Shown here: positions 35,714-47,699 of the stretch, piece after piece | How positions within the stretch are numbered: position 1 is the stretch's first letter | Layout of the letters: every line of letters starts with the position of its first letter | Assembly (NCBI GenBank): GCA_002269645.1 | Contig: NIVC01001920.1 | Location: 67,673-131,672, forward strand | Source of the DNA: Macrostomum lignano | Taxonomy: Eukaryota | Direction of reading: 5' to 3' | Length of the DNA stretch: 64,000 nucleotides | Program-made: the position numbers and the translations under genes | Notes under the pieces: model-generated | Told to the model about the DNA's origin: nothing | The model's database searches: none | The model's input: only the letters and a program-made list of their open reading frames with translations

Positions 35714-35917
35714 AAGGCGTTTGAACAGGGATTGAAAGACTGCGATGGAAGAAGGGATAAAATGGAATAAACATGGACACAGAGTATAGAAGCTTCATCT
35801 CGAATCCTGTTTAAAAATTGTTTAAACAATTACATTCTGAATAGAAAAATATTGTGTGAAATTGTGAAGATTGTGAATTATTGTGAAATATTGTACATGC
35901 AGTCGGCCTGGGACCGC

Positions 35918-36328
35918 TCCCCTCAGCTCCTCCTCAGATCCCCTCAGCTCCTCCTCAGATCCCCTCAGCTCCTCCTCAGATCCCCTCAGCTCCTCCTCAG
36001 ATCCCCTCAGCTCCTCCTCAGATCCCCTCAGCTCCTCCTCAGATCCCCTCAGCTCCTCCTCAGATCCCCTCAGCTCCTCCTCAGATCCCCTCAGCTCCTC
36101 CTCAGATCCCCTCAGCTCCTCCTCAGATCCCCTCAGCTCCTCCTCAGATCCCCTCAGCTCCTCCTCAGATCCCCTCAGCTCCTCCTCAGATCCCCTCAGC
36201 TCCTCCTCAGATCCCCTCAGCTCCTCCTCAGATCCCCTCAGCTCCTCCTCAGATCCCCTCAGCTCCTCCTCAGATCCCCTCAGCTCCTCCTCAGATCCCC
36301 TCAGCTCCTCCTCAGATCCCCTCAGCTC
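35918..36328. repeat. 21-bp minisatellite abutting the NRF-6-like stop codon
   Basis: Unit CCCCTCAGCTCCTCCTCAGAT, ~19 nearly identical units. Confidence 0.95.
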
Positions 36329-36330
36329 AT

Positions 36331-38673
36331 TCAGCGGCCCCTCAGCACCCGCTCCAGTCCGATCAGGGGCGCCTCAAACATCAGCGACGCCACAAAGGCG
36401 GCCATGTAGGCCAGGGCGCAGTTGCCCAGGAAGGCGTGGATCACGGAGAAATTGTCCCACACCATGGCCTGCCTGCGGCTCAGGTAGTAAGCCAGCATCA
36501 CGACCGGGTGCACCAGGTAGGCGCAGTAGGTGAGCCGAGACAGCGGGGCAAACAGCGGCTGCGACAGCAGACTGTTCACCCAGCCGCCGTTGCCAGTGAC
36601 GCAGGCGATGGTCACCCAGCCGACGGCGGCGGCCCACAGCGGCCGGTAGACGGCGTTGTACAGCGAGGCGACGTTTTGCGACAGCTTGACCCGGCCGCCG
36701 TCCACATCGTAGAGGCCGTACACGATGCTGAGGGCCACCCCGGCCGCCACCAGCCACAGCAGGGCCACCAGGAGCCTGCGGGGCGCCAGCGGTAGCGGAT
36801 TCTTGCATGAAATGTCCAACACAGAGATGGGATCAGATGAGAAATGGGATCAGATGGGGACGATGGGGATGCGAATTAGGGAGATGGGGATCAGGGAGAT
36901 GGGAATTAGGCAGATATAGAATCAAGAGGAAAGGAATTAGGCCAGGGGATGGGATCAGGGGGTGGGATCAGGGGGATAGGATCAGGGGGAATAGGATCAG
37001 GGGGTGGGATCAGGGGGATGGGATCAGGGGGATGGGATCAGGGGGATGGGATCAGGGGTTGGGATCAGGGGGATGGGATCAGGGGTTGGGATCAGGAGAA
37101 TGGGATCAGGGGGATGGGATCAGGAGAATGGGATCAGGGGGATGGGATCAGGGGGATGGGATCAGGGGGATGGGATCAGGGGGTGGGATCAGGAGAATGG
37201 GATCAGGGGGATGGGATCAGGAGAATGGGATCAGGGGGATGGGATCAGGAGAATGAGATCAGGGGGATGGGATCAGGGGGATGGGATCAGGGGGGTGGGA
37301 TCAGGAGAATGGGATCAGGGGGATGGGATCAGGAGAATGGGATCAGGGGGATGGGATCAGGGGATGGGATCAGGGGGTGGGATCAGGAGAATGGGATCAG
37401 GGGGATGGGATCAGGAGAATGGGATCAGGGGGATGGGATCAGGAGAATGGGATCAGGGGGATGGGATCAGGGGAATGGGATCAGGGGAATGGGATCAGGG
37501 GGATGGGATCAGGGGAATGGGATCAGGGGAATGGGATCAGGGGAATGGGATCAGGGGAATGGGATCAGGGGAATGGGATCTAAGGAGCAAATCGCGCACC
37601 TGTTGGGCCGCCAGCGCCGCTCCTTGAGTCGGTGCAGCAGATAGCCGGACAGCACGCCGACCAGGTAGGGGGTCGCCCGGAACCACGGCTTGATGTAGAT
37701 GCCGCTGAACTCCTGCGCGATGCCGAAGAAGCCGACGGCCAGGCCATTGACGGTGCTGTGGATGCCCATGGCGGTGACGGAGGCGAGCAGCAAGGCGGAG
37801 GTGACCCCGACGCCGAGGGCGGGCTTGATGGCCAGCAGGCAGAACAGCATCGGGCTGACAATGTAGAACTGCATGTCGTTGGCCAGGTACCAGGACCAGC
37901 CCATGCACTGCGGGTGGCGGGAGTTTATGTTATTTATATTTTTTCGATACATATCGGCATTAGGTGTCCAAGTTTCGTTTGTTAAGCAAAAGACAATTCA
38001 AATTCGCGCGAAAAATGGCATTGCTAAACTATCGTTAAACACTCCACTGATACACAGCCAGACATATTTTCGATACATATCGGCACTAACCCCAGCGCCG
38101 GACTCAGCGGAGAACAGGTTATTGATGTACAGCGCATTCTTCCACCAGTCCGTGGGGCACTGCGGGTCGATGGCAGCCGGCGCCTGCGGGTACATCGGGC
38201 CCTCGTAGACGTACTGGAAGAGGCTCACGTAGGTGGCCATGACCAGCAGGTAGGGCGGGGTGAGCCGCCAGTACCTGTGCACGTAGAACATCAGCCAGTT
38301 GATTTTGCGAAGCCCGCCGCCCATGCGCTGCAGTTCCCGGAAGAACAGGTAGGTGGGACAGCAGGCCGCTCAGCACGAAGAAGCTGTCCACCGAGACGGT
38401 GGCGTTGGCGATCACCTGGAAGGTCCAGTCATTCTGCCAGCCGGCATACAGCTGGCCCATGTTGTTCAGCGAGCCGAAGGCGAAGTAGTAGGTGTGGCCC
38501 AGGATCACCCACGACATGGACAGGAAGCGCAGGCCGTGCACGCAGGTCAGGGTGCCCTCTGAGTGGCTGACGTCCGCGATCTTGCGGGCGTTGGTGAGCA
38601 CCGAGAAGCAGAGCAGCAGGCGGAGGGGCAGCGCTGGGGATGGGGTGGGTTCTGCCGGGTATGAGACAGACAG

Positions 38674-38756
<83 letters not shown>

Positions 38757-38757
38757 C

Positions 38758-38836
<79 letters not shown>

Positions 38837-40646
38837 GTCAGGCAGGCAGACAGACAGACAGACAGACAGACCGGCAGAGACACACAGAAGCTCACGCAGC
38901 ATGTCCGCAGCGATGGCGCTGAAGCTGGAGGCGGTCTCATGGCCACCGTTGGCGATTCCGTTGACGCGGTGGCCGCCGCCATCAACCGCAGCAGCGGAGA
39001 TGCCGTCCGCACTGGCAGTCTCCGCGTCCGCTTCCTCATCCTCGTTGACCAGCAGCTGCTTTCTGGAGCGGCAGAGGCTGCGCCAGCTCAGCCGGTAGGT
39101 GCGCACCAAGTCAAAGGCGGTGCCCAGCAGCATGAAGACGCCGAAGAGGCTGAGCAGGCAGCTGCAGAGCGGAAGAGGGCGGCGCTCTGGGTTTATAGAG
39201 TAAAAAAGCCTCCTTAATGATGCCAAATGACAGAATGGTACCATAATGAGACTCAAATGGCACCACAACCAGACAGAATGACACCACAACCAGACAGAAT
39301 GACACAACAACCAGACAGAATGACACCACAACCAGACAGAATGACACCACAACCAGACAGAATGACACCACAACCAGACAGAATGACACAACAACCAGAC
39401 AGAATGGCACCACAAGAAAGCATGCACCCAAAAAATGTGTCCCAGGCTGAAAAGTATCCGCATACGTCATAAACACAGCAGCCCGTGTCCAGGGCAGCTG
39501 GGCTCGGGGCTGGTGGCACTGAGTAGCCTGAGGAAGCACCAGAAGAGACCGGTTGGCGGGCAGCAGCTTCTGAAGCGGGCTGAGCAGCAGCTGCGTCAGG
39601 TTGTTAATCTGGGCGGGTGAGCAGCTGTCCGGCCAGCAGAGGCCCAGGCGAAGCGCGCTGGACTCGAGGCCGCCGGCTGGCCGGTCCGAACCGTCGGTCT
39701 CCGCAGCGGCCAGCAGGCAGTAGGAGCCGCGGATCGGCAGGGGGTCGCCGCGATGCTCATCAGCGGCGCCGTAGATCTCGATGGGGTCGGAGCGGCCCAC
39801 GGCCATGCACTGGTCGTAGTTGCCCAGCCAGAGCCGGGCGCCATAGGCCAGGGCTGCCGGCGGCTTGGCGTCCGAGTCCAGGACTGCGAGTGCGGAGGCG
39901 AAAGCGACAAGGGCGATGGTCAGGGAGGTTTGAAGGCGATTGTCAGGGAGCTTTAAGGGCGATTGTCAAGAAGGTTTGAAGGCAATTGTCAAGAAGGTTT
40001 AAGGGCGATTTTCAGGGAGGTTTAAGGACGATTGTCACGGTTTGAAGGCGATTGTCAAGGTTTGAAGGCGATTGTCAAGGTTTGAAGGCGATTGTCAGAA
40101 AGCTTTAAAAGCAATTGTCAGGGAGCTTTAAGGGCGATTGTCAGGGAGGTTTGAAGGCGATTGTCAGGGAGGTTTAAGGTTTAAAGATGGATTGAATAAT
40201 CATGATTGACAGCTCCCTGCATTAGCTAAAAAAACAGTCAGAGTCGGCCAGAGCCCCAACTCACACTTGAGCGCCCAGCCTTCGCCCTTGGACAGAGCCA
40301 TGAGCAGGGTGACGGTGTGGTTGGCGCAGGCCGAAATGCTCTCATTGCCGCCAGAAGCGACAGCAAACGAAGCCGCAGCCTGCTCAGCCCTGACGAAAGT
40401 CTCCAGCGCTTCCAGAGCCGCCTGTCGCAGGCTGGCGCCGTCGGCAGACAACAGGCGAGCCGCGGCCTCCAGCGTCGGCCGGGAGACGCCGCCGTCGGCA
40501 GCATCTGCCACCGGCCTGAAGCTGTCGAGTCTCCGCCAGAAGGAGCTGTAACTGACCTCCCCGCCTGCCGCCGCGGCAAGCAGCAGCAGCAGCAGCAGCA
40601 GCGCCGCCGGAGACAGTGAGCTGGCCGCTGAAAGCTTCAGGATCAT
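36331..40646 (-). CDS. NRF-6-like (nose resistant to fluoxetine 6) protein: NRF domain plus acyltransferase-3 domain
   Basis: Exons 40646-40265, 39883-39466, ~39186-38896, 38651-38091, 37907-37600, 36775-36331. Signal peptide; [16 protein letters not shown] and GLCWPDSCS (NRF domain); [58 protein letters not shown]. Apparent indels at ~39170-39190 and 38355-38357. Confidence 0.9.
36945..37580. repeat. ~14-bp G-rich minisatellite (NRF-6-like last intron)
   Basis: Units GGGATCAGGGGGAT / GGGATCAGGAGAAT. Confidence 0.93.
38663..38880. repeat. (GACA)n microsatellite (NRF-6-like intron 3)
   Basis: GACA run. Confidence 0.95.
39255..39415. repeat. 21-bp minisatellite (NRF-6-like intron 2)
   Basis: Unit CAACCAGACAGAATGACACCA. 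Confidence 0.9.
39920..40180. repeat. ~23-bp degenerate minisatellite (NRF-6-like intron 1)
   Basis: Unit GAAGGCGATTGTCAGGGAGGTTT. Confidence 0.85.
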
Positions 40647-41177
40647 GCTGCACTGTACAGAGGCTGGTACGTGACTCTATATGAATCTAGCCGAACCAGA
40701 GCGATGTCAAATTGAAGTGAAAGTGACAGAATGGGTGGCGGTCCCGTCCCAGCTAAGATATATCGCACCTGCCAGACCTTAAGACCTTATCTGCTAAGCA
40801 ATTTTTCTATCGCTTATCAGCGCTGCAGCTTCAGCTAACAGGGCTGAGGTGGGGCTTGCGGCTAACTGGGGCGGCTAAGGAGAGAGCAGAGAACACTGCG
40901 CTGCACTGCGGTCCAGTGGCAATGTACTATTGCACCAGTCCAATGTCTCACTGGCTGACTCGCCTCTCCCCCTCTTTCCCAGCTAGCGAATGCGTGCGCC
41001 AAATGACGCAGACAGACTCGAATGCAGCTGAGACAGAAGGCAGAATGAGCTGAGCTGCTCACAGCCGAAAGCTAGAGCTGCACACGTCACTGTTGGGTCG
41101 GTGAGCATATCTGCTGTAGTTCTATAGAACATTTTGCAGTGCTTCCAAGCTTTGCTGCAGCTAAGGCTGAGGGCCAG

Positions 41178-42050
41178 CTGGACACAAGCAATGCAGTCTG
41201 GATACAAGCAATGCAGTGTCTGGACACAAGCAATGCAGTCTGGACACAAGCAATGCAGTGTCTGGACACAAGCAATGCAGTGTTGACACAAGCAATGCAG
41301 TGTCTGGACACAAGCAATGCAGTCTGGACACAAGCAATGCAGTCTGGACACAAGCAATGCAGTGTGGACACAAGCAATGCAGTGTTGACACAAGCAATGC
41401 AGTGTCTGGACACAAGCAATGCAGTCTGGACACAAGCAATGCAGTGTCTGGACACAAGCAATGCAGTGTCTGGACACAAGCAATGCAGTGTCTGGACACA
41501 AGCAATGCAGTGTCTGGACACAAGCAATGCAGTGTCTGGACACAAGCAATGCAGTGTCTGGACACAAGCAATGCAGTGTCTGGACACAAGCAATGCAGTG
41601 TCTGGACACAAGCAATGCAGTGTCTGGACACAAGCAATGCAGTGTCTGGACACAAGCAATGCAGTGTCTGGACACAAGCAATGCAGTGTCTGGACACAAG
41701 CAATGCAGTGTCTGGACACAAGCAATGCAGTGTCTGGACACAAGCAATGCAGTGTGGACACAAGCAATGCAGTGTCTGGACACAAGCAATGCAGTGTCTG
41801 GACACAAGCAAAGCAGTGTCTGGACACAAGCAATGCAGTGTCTGGACACAAGCAATGCAGTGTGGACACAAGCAATGCAGTGTCAGGACACAAGCAATGC
41901 AGTGTCTGGACACAAGCAATGCAGTGTCTGGACACAAGCAATGCAGTGTGGACACAAGCAAAGCAGTCTGGACACAAGCAATGCAGTGTCTGGACACAAG
42001 CAATGCAGTCTGGACACAAGCAAAGCAGTCTGGACACAAGTAATGCAGTC
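41178..42050. repeat. 22-bp minisatellite with 20-bp variants
   Basis: Unit GGACACAAGCAATGCAGTGTCT. Confidence 0.95.
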
Positions 42051-42498
42051 TAATATAATAAACTAAAGCCAAGAAGCTGTTACTACTGTGGAGAGTTCTA
42101 TTAAAATGCTAGCAAAACAGACCTTCAGTGGTAAACAGACAGAAGACATGGCACAAAATTTAATAATTTAATAATTTCAGAATGGTAAAAAACCTTTTTA
42201 TGCATCATTTATTATAAATGATTATTTCATGCAAGATTCAAAAACACATCCGCGTTATCATACAACGTAAACAGAAAAAAGGTACAGGCAAAAGTAAAAA
42301 AAACAAAAAAGAAGCTATTGGAAGATCAGGATTTGCAATGCTCATCATTGCGTATTAGTGTTATTATATCACAAAATCACAAAAATCTGTCACAAAAATT
42401 TTCAAAAATATTACATTCAATAATATCCTCCGTGCGGCCAGTGGTTAAAATTGAGAAGAATATGTAAAGTAGTATTACAGTCGAAGAGAAATGTACAT

Positions 42499-43062
42499 GT
42501 AGCTCAGGTAGAGACAATGGTAGCTCAGGTAGGGACAATGGTAGCTCAGGTAGGGACAATGGTAGCTCAGGTAGAGACAATGGTAGCTAAGGTAGGGACA
42601 ATGGTAGCTCAGGTAGAGACAATGGTAGCTCAGGTAGAGACAATGGTAGCTCAGGTAGAGACAATGGTAGCTCAGGTAGAGACAATGGTAGCTCAGGTAG
42701 AGACAATGGTAGCTCAGGTAGAGACAATGGTAGCTCAGGTAGAGACAATGGTAGCTCAGGTAGGGACAATGGTAGCTCAGGTAGAGACAATGGTAGCTCA
42801 GGTAGGGACAATGGTAGCTCAGGTAGGGACAATGGTAGCTCAGGTAGGGACAATGGTAGCTCAGGTAGGGACAATGGTAGCTCAGGTAGGGACAATGGTA
42901 GCTCAGGTAGGGACAATGGTAGCTCAGGTAGAGACAATGGTAGCTCAGGTAGGGACAATGGTAGCTCAGGTAGAGACAATGGTAGCTCAGGTAGGGACAA
43001 TGGTAGCTCAGGTAGGGACAATGGTAGCTCAGGTAGGGACAATGGTAGCTCAGGTAGGGACA
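42499..43062. repeat. 21-bp minisatellite
   Basis: Unit GGTAGCTCAGGTAG(A/G)GACAAT. Confidence 0.95.
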
Positions 43063-43189
43063 AAAAGCGAGAACTGAAAATTTATTTTAAAACAGCTTCC
43101 AAAAGTGGCATTTATTGGTACTTGTATTGGCATTGGTATTGGCATTTACACTGCTGACAACAGAAAATGACGATTTTTACCCATTTTTC

Positions 43190-44255
43190 GGATGGGGATG
43201 CGCGAATGATAGGATTCGTGAAGGGTGGGATACGCGAATGATAGGATTCGTGAAGGGTGGGAAGCGTGAGTGATAGGATTCGTGAAGGATGGGATGCGCG
43301 AATGATAGGATTCGTGAAGGATGGGATGCGTGAGTGATAGGATTCGTGAAGGATGGGATGCATTGAACGATAGGATTCGTGAAGGATGGGAAGCATTGAA
43401 CGATAGGATTCGTGAAGGATGGGATGCATTGAAAGATAGGATTCGTGAAGGATGGGATGCGCGAATGATAGGATTCGTGAAGGATGGGATGCATTGAACG
43501 ATAGGATTCGTGAAGGATGGGATACGCGAATGATAGGATTCGTGAAGGGTGGGATGCGCGAATGATAGGATTCGTGAAGGATGGGATGCATTGAACGATA
43601 GGATTCGTGAAGGATGGGATGCATTGAACGATAGGATTCGTGAAGGATGGGATGCATTGAATGATACGATTCGTGAAGGATGGGATTCGTGAGTGATAGG
43701 ATTCGTGAAGGATGGGATGCGTGAGTGATAGGATTCGTGAAGGATGGGATTCGTGAGTGATAGGATTCGTGAAGGATGGGATGCATTGAACGATAGGATT
43801 CGTGAAGGATGGGATACGCGAATGATAGGATTCGTGAAGGGTGGGATGCGCGAATGATAGGATTCGTGAAGGATGGGATGCATTGAACGATAAGATTCGT
43901 GAAGGATGGGATGCATTGAACGATAGGATTCGTGAAGGGTGGGATGCGCGAATGATAGGATTCGTGAAGGATGGGATGCATTGAACGATAGGATTCGTGA
44001 AGGATGGGATTCGTGAGTGATAGGATTCGTGAAGGATGGGATGCGTGAGTGATAGGATTCGTGAAGGATGGGATGCATTGAACGATAGGATTCGTGAAGG
44101 ATGGGATGCATTGAACGATAGGATTCGTGAAGGATGGGATGCATTGAACGATAGGATTCGTGAAGGATGGGATGCATTGAATGATACGATTCGTGAAGGA
44201 TGGGATGCGTGAGTGATAGGATTCGTGAAGGATGGGATGCATTGAACGATAGGAT
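43190..44255. repeat. 33-bp minisatellite
   Basis: Unit GATAGGATTCGTGAAGGATGGGATGCATTGAAC with variants. Confidence 0.95.
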
Positions 44256-44349
44256 GTGGGATAGATAGTAGCAAATACTATAATGCTCGGAGATAGTACG
44301 CATCACAAATTCGTACACTCTCAGAGCCCTAGCTCGAGGCCCCCGGGCC

Positions 44350-47300
44350 TCAGACCTCAGCCGGGTCGTGGCACTGGCTGCAGTCGGCAGCCGCTGATCC
44401 GCCGGCTGCCAGCCGCTCCACCTGCACGGTGACCTCGTGCACCCGGAATCGGCGCCGTACAACTAAAGTGGCCGCCTGCAGAACCCGCTGCGAGTCGGCG
44501 GTGTCCGCCACGGCCAGGTGGGCGCTGAGCGCCGTCCGGCTTACGGAGATGCTCCAAATGCGCAGGCTGTGGACGCGAACCACCCCTTCGACGGCGTTGA
44601 GCGCTGCGGTCACGGAGTCGAAGTCCAAGCCTCTGAAAAAAGGAATACGAAGCCTAGGACTCACTTCATTCACTCCATTGGCACTTCAGTGATACAAGCG
44701 ACACTTCAGCGAAACGTCAGTGACCACAGTGACACGTCAGTGACCTCAGTGACCCCAGTGACACGTCAGTGACCTCAGTGACACGTCAGTGACCTCAGTG
44801 ACACGTCAGTGAACTCAGTGACACGTCAGTGACCACAGTGACACGTCAGTGACCCCAGTGACACGTCAGTGACCCCAGTGACACGTCAGTGACCACAGTT
44901 ACACGCCAGTGACCACAGTTACACGCCAGTGACCCCAGTGACACGCCAGTGACCCCAGTGACACGTCAGTGACCTCAGTGACACGTCAGTGACCACAGTT
45001 ACACGCCAGTGACCCCAGTGACACGTCAGTGACCTCAGTTACACTTGCGTGATGCAAGCAATGTGGTGGCCCCAGCGACACATTTCAAACACTAAGGCGG
45101 CACAATACCTGGGCGCGGCCTCCATGAGAACCCGGAGCGCGTCCCTGATAATAGCGAAGGTGGTGATGAGCACCAGCACGGAGAACAGGAAGGTGCAGAT
45201 GGGATCGGCGACGCGCCAGTCGGGCCGGTAATAAATCAGGTAGGCCGCGCACAGCACGCCAAGGCTCTGCAGCAGGTCGCCGATCACGTGGATGAAAGCG
45301 GCGCGAACGTTGATGTTCTGCTCGGCTGGAGCGTCGGCGCTTTCGGCCTCGTGCGAGTGCGAGTGCGGGTGCAGCGTGAAGGCCATGAGGATGTTCACCG
45401 CCACGCCAACGGCGCTGGTGATCAACATGACGCGGCCGTCAACATCAAAGCTGCCGGTGCGGACACGCTCAATGGCGAGGAAAACCAGGATCTGGCGGGG
45501 CAGCAAGGGCGCGGGTGGGATATCATATCAATTGTAGAATGGGATCTGAGCAGTGTGGGATCTGAGCAGTGTGGGATCTGAGCAGTGTGGGATCTGTGCA
45601 GTGTGGGATCTGTGCAGTGTAGGATCTGTGCAGTGTAGGATCTGTGCAGTGTGGGATCTGAGCAGTGTGGGATCTGAGCAGTGTGGGATCTGAGCAGTGT
45701 GGGATCTGTGCAGTGTGGGATCTGTGCAGTGTAGGATCTGTGCAGTGTAGGATCTGTGCAGTGTAGGATCTGAGCAGTGTAGGATCTGAGCAGTGTGGGA
45801 TCTGAGCAGTGTGGGATCTGAGCAGTGTGGGATCTGAGCAGTGTGGGATCTGTGCAGTGTGGGATCTGTGCAGTGTGGGATCTGTGCAGTGTAGGATCTG
45901 TGCAGTGTAGGATCTGTGCAGTGTAGGATCTGTGCAGTGTAGGATCTGTGCAGTGTGGGATCTGTGCAGTGTAGGATCTGTGCAGTGTGGGATCTGTGTA
46001 GTGTGGGATCTGTGTAGTGTGGGATCTGTGCAGTGTAGGATCTGTGCAGTGTAGGATCTGAGCAGTGTAGGATCTGAGCAGTGTGGGATCTGAGCAGTGT
46101 GGGATCTGAGCAGTGTGGGATCTGAGCAGTGTGGGATCTGTGCAGTGTGGGATCTGTGCAGTGTGGGATCTGTGCAGTGTAGGATCTGTGCAGTGTAGGA
46201 TCTGTGCAGTGTAGGATCTGTGCAGTGTAGGATCTGTGCAGTGTAGGATCTGTGCAGTGTGGGATCTGTGCAGTGTAGGATCTGTGCAGTGTGGGATCTG
46301 TGTAGTGTGGGATCTGTGTAGTGTGGGATCTGTGCAGTGTGGGATCTGTGCAGTGTGGGATCTGTGCAGTGTGGGATCTGTGTAGTGTGGGATCTGTGCA
46401 ATATGGGATCTGTGCAGTGTGGGATCTGTGCAGTGTGGGATCTGTGCAGTGTGGGATCTGTGCAGTGTGGGATCTGTGCAGTGTAGGATCTGTGCAGTGT
46501 AGGATCTGTGCAGTGTGGGATCTGTGCAGTGTGGGATCTGTGCAGTGTGGGATCTGTGTAGTGTGGGATCTGTGTAGTGTGGGATCTGTGCAGTGTGGGA
46601 TCTGAGCAGTGTGGGATCTGTGCAGTGTGGGATCTGTGCAGTGTGGGATCTGTGCAGTGTAGGATCTGTGCAGTGTGGGATCTGTGCAGTGTGGGATCTG
46701 TGCAGTGTGGGATCTGTGTAGTGTGGGATCTGTGCAGTGTGGGATCTGTGCAGTGTAGGATCTGTGCAGTGTAGGATCTGTGCAGTGTAGGATCCGTGCA
46801 GTGTGGGATCTGTGCAGTGTGGGATCTGAGCAATATGGGATTTGAGCAGTGTAGGATCTGTGCAGTGTGGGATCCGTGCAGTGTGGGATCTGTGTAGTGT
46901 GGGATCTGTGCAGTGTGGGACCATAGTATAGAAGATTTTTGTAGATGCGATTATCACAGAATAATATTGGGGTGGGATCTTTGCTAGGATGGGATCCTTG
47001 TAGCTGTCAAGATTCTTATACTACACTACCTACAGAGCAAGATCGGATCCATGCAGAATAGACTCTATGCCAATAAAAGCATCTTTCAGCTTGAGATCAG
47101 CAAGAACAACAGTGAGGGAAGCAGATTTTAGCAGACAAGCGCACCCCAGTAACAAGCCAGATGAGCAGCACGGACACCAGGGCTCCGAGCACCTCAGCCC
47201 GGTGCCAGCCGAAGCTGTACGTCTTGCTGGGCCGTCGGCCAGCCAGGAAAATGGCCAGCAGGCTGATCATGAAGCTGGCAAAGTCTGTCAGCAGGTGCGC

Positions 47301-47555
47301 CGCGTCAGTCATGATGGCGAGGCTGTTGGCAAGGGCGCCGCCGACGATCTCGCCGGCCATGAACAGCAAGCAGAGCACGGAGGCCAGCAGCAGGCGGCGC
47401 TGGGCTGAGCGCTGCTCGGCAGCCACCGTGGCGTCAAATTCAAGTTCGTGGCAGTGGCTGTCGGGTCGTTCTCGGCAGCCGCCACCGCCGAGGACTCCTG
47501 CTGAAGGAGCGGCGAGACGTCGCTTAATGAGGAGCCGGCGCGATTCGCCTGGAGC
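44350..47555 (-). CDS. Zinc transporter ZnT (SLC30A2/3/8-like, CDF family); 5' end uncertain
   Basis: Exons ~47555-47145, 45491-45109, 44632-44350. HCH motif, SLAIMTDAAHLLTD, SFGWHRAEVLGAL, His-rich loop HPHSHSHE, NVRAAFIHVIGD, ADPICT, CTD ending CSQC. Apparent 1-nt deletion at 47463-47465. Confidence 0.9.
44715..45045. repeat. 20-bp minisatellite (ZnT intron)
   Basis: Unit CAGTGACACGTCAGTGACCC. Confidence 0.92.
45540..46920. repeat. 16-bp minisatellite (ZnT intron, ~86 units)
   Basis: Unit GGGATCTGTGCAGTGT with AGGATC and TGAGCA variants. Confidence 0.96.
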
Positions 47556-47699
47556 AGGTCAGTTGCACTGATTGAGCACACAAGCCGCTCTTTGCCCCTG
47601 CATGCTCTCCGCCTAGTAATACCAGCTCTCCCCCCCCCCACTCTGACCCCTCCTACCCCCCATTGACCCCTCAGACTTCCATTCTGACCCCTCCACCCC

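Noticed and set aside
42499-43062. CAG|GTAG donor-like motif in the 21-bp array
   Set aside because: Intergenic and antisense to both flanking genes; no adjacent exon to link it to.
41083-46957. Long Cys/His-rich ORFs in the 22-, 21-, 33- and 16-bp arrays
   Set aside because: Periodic translations of tandem repeats in several frames and strands; the 16-bp one is inside a ZnT intron.
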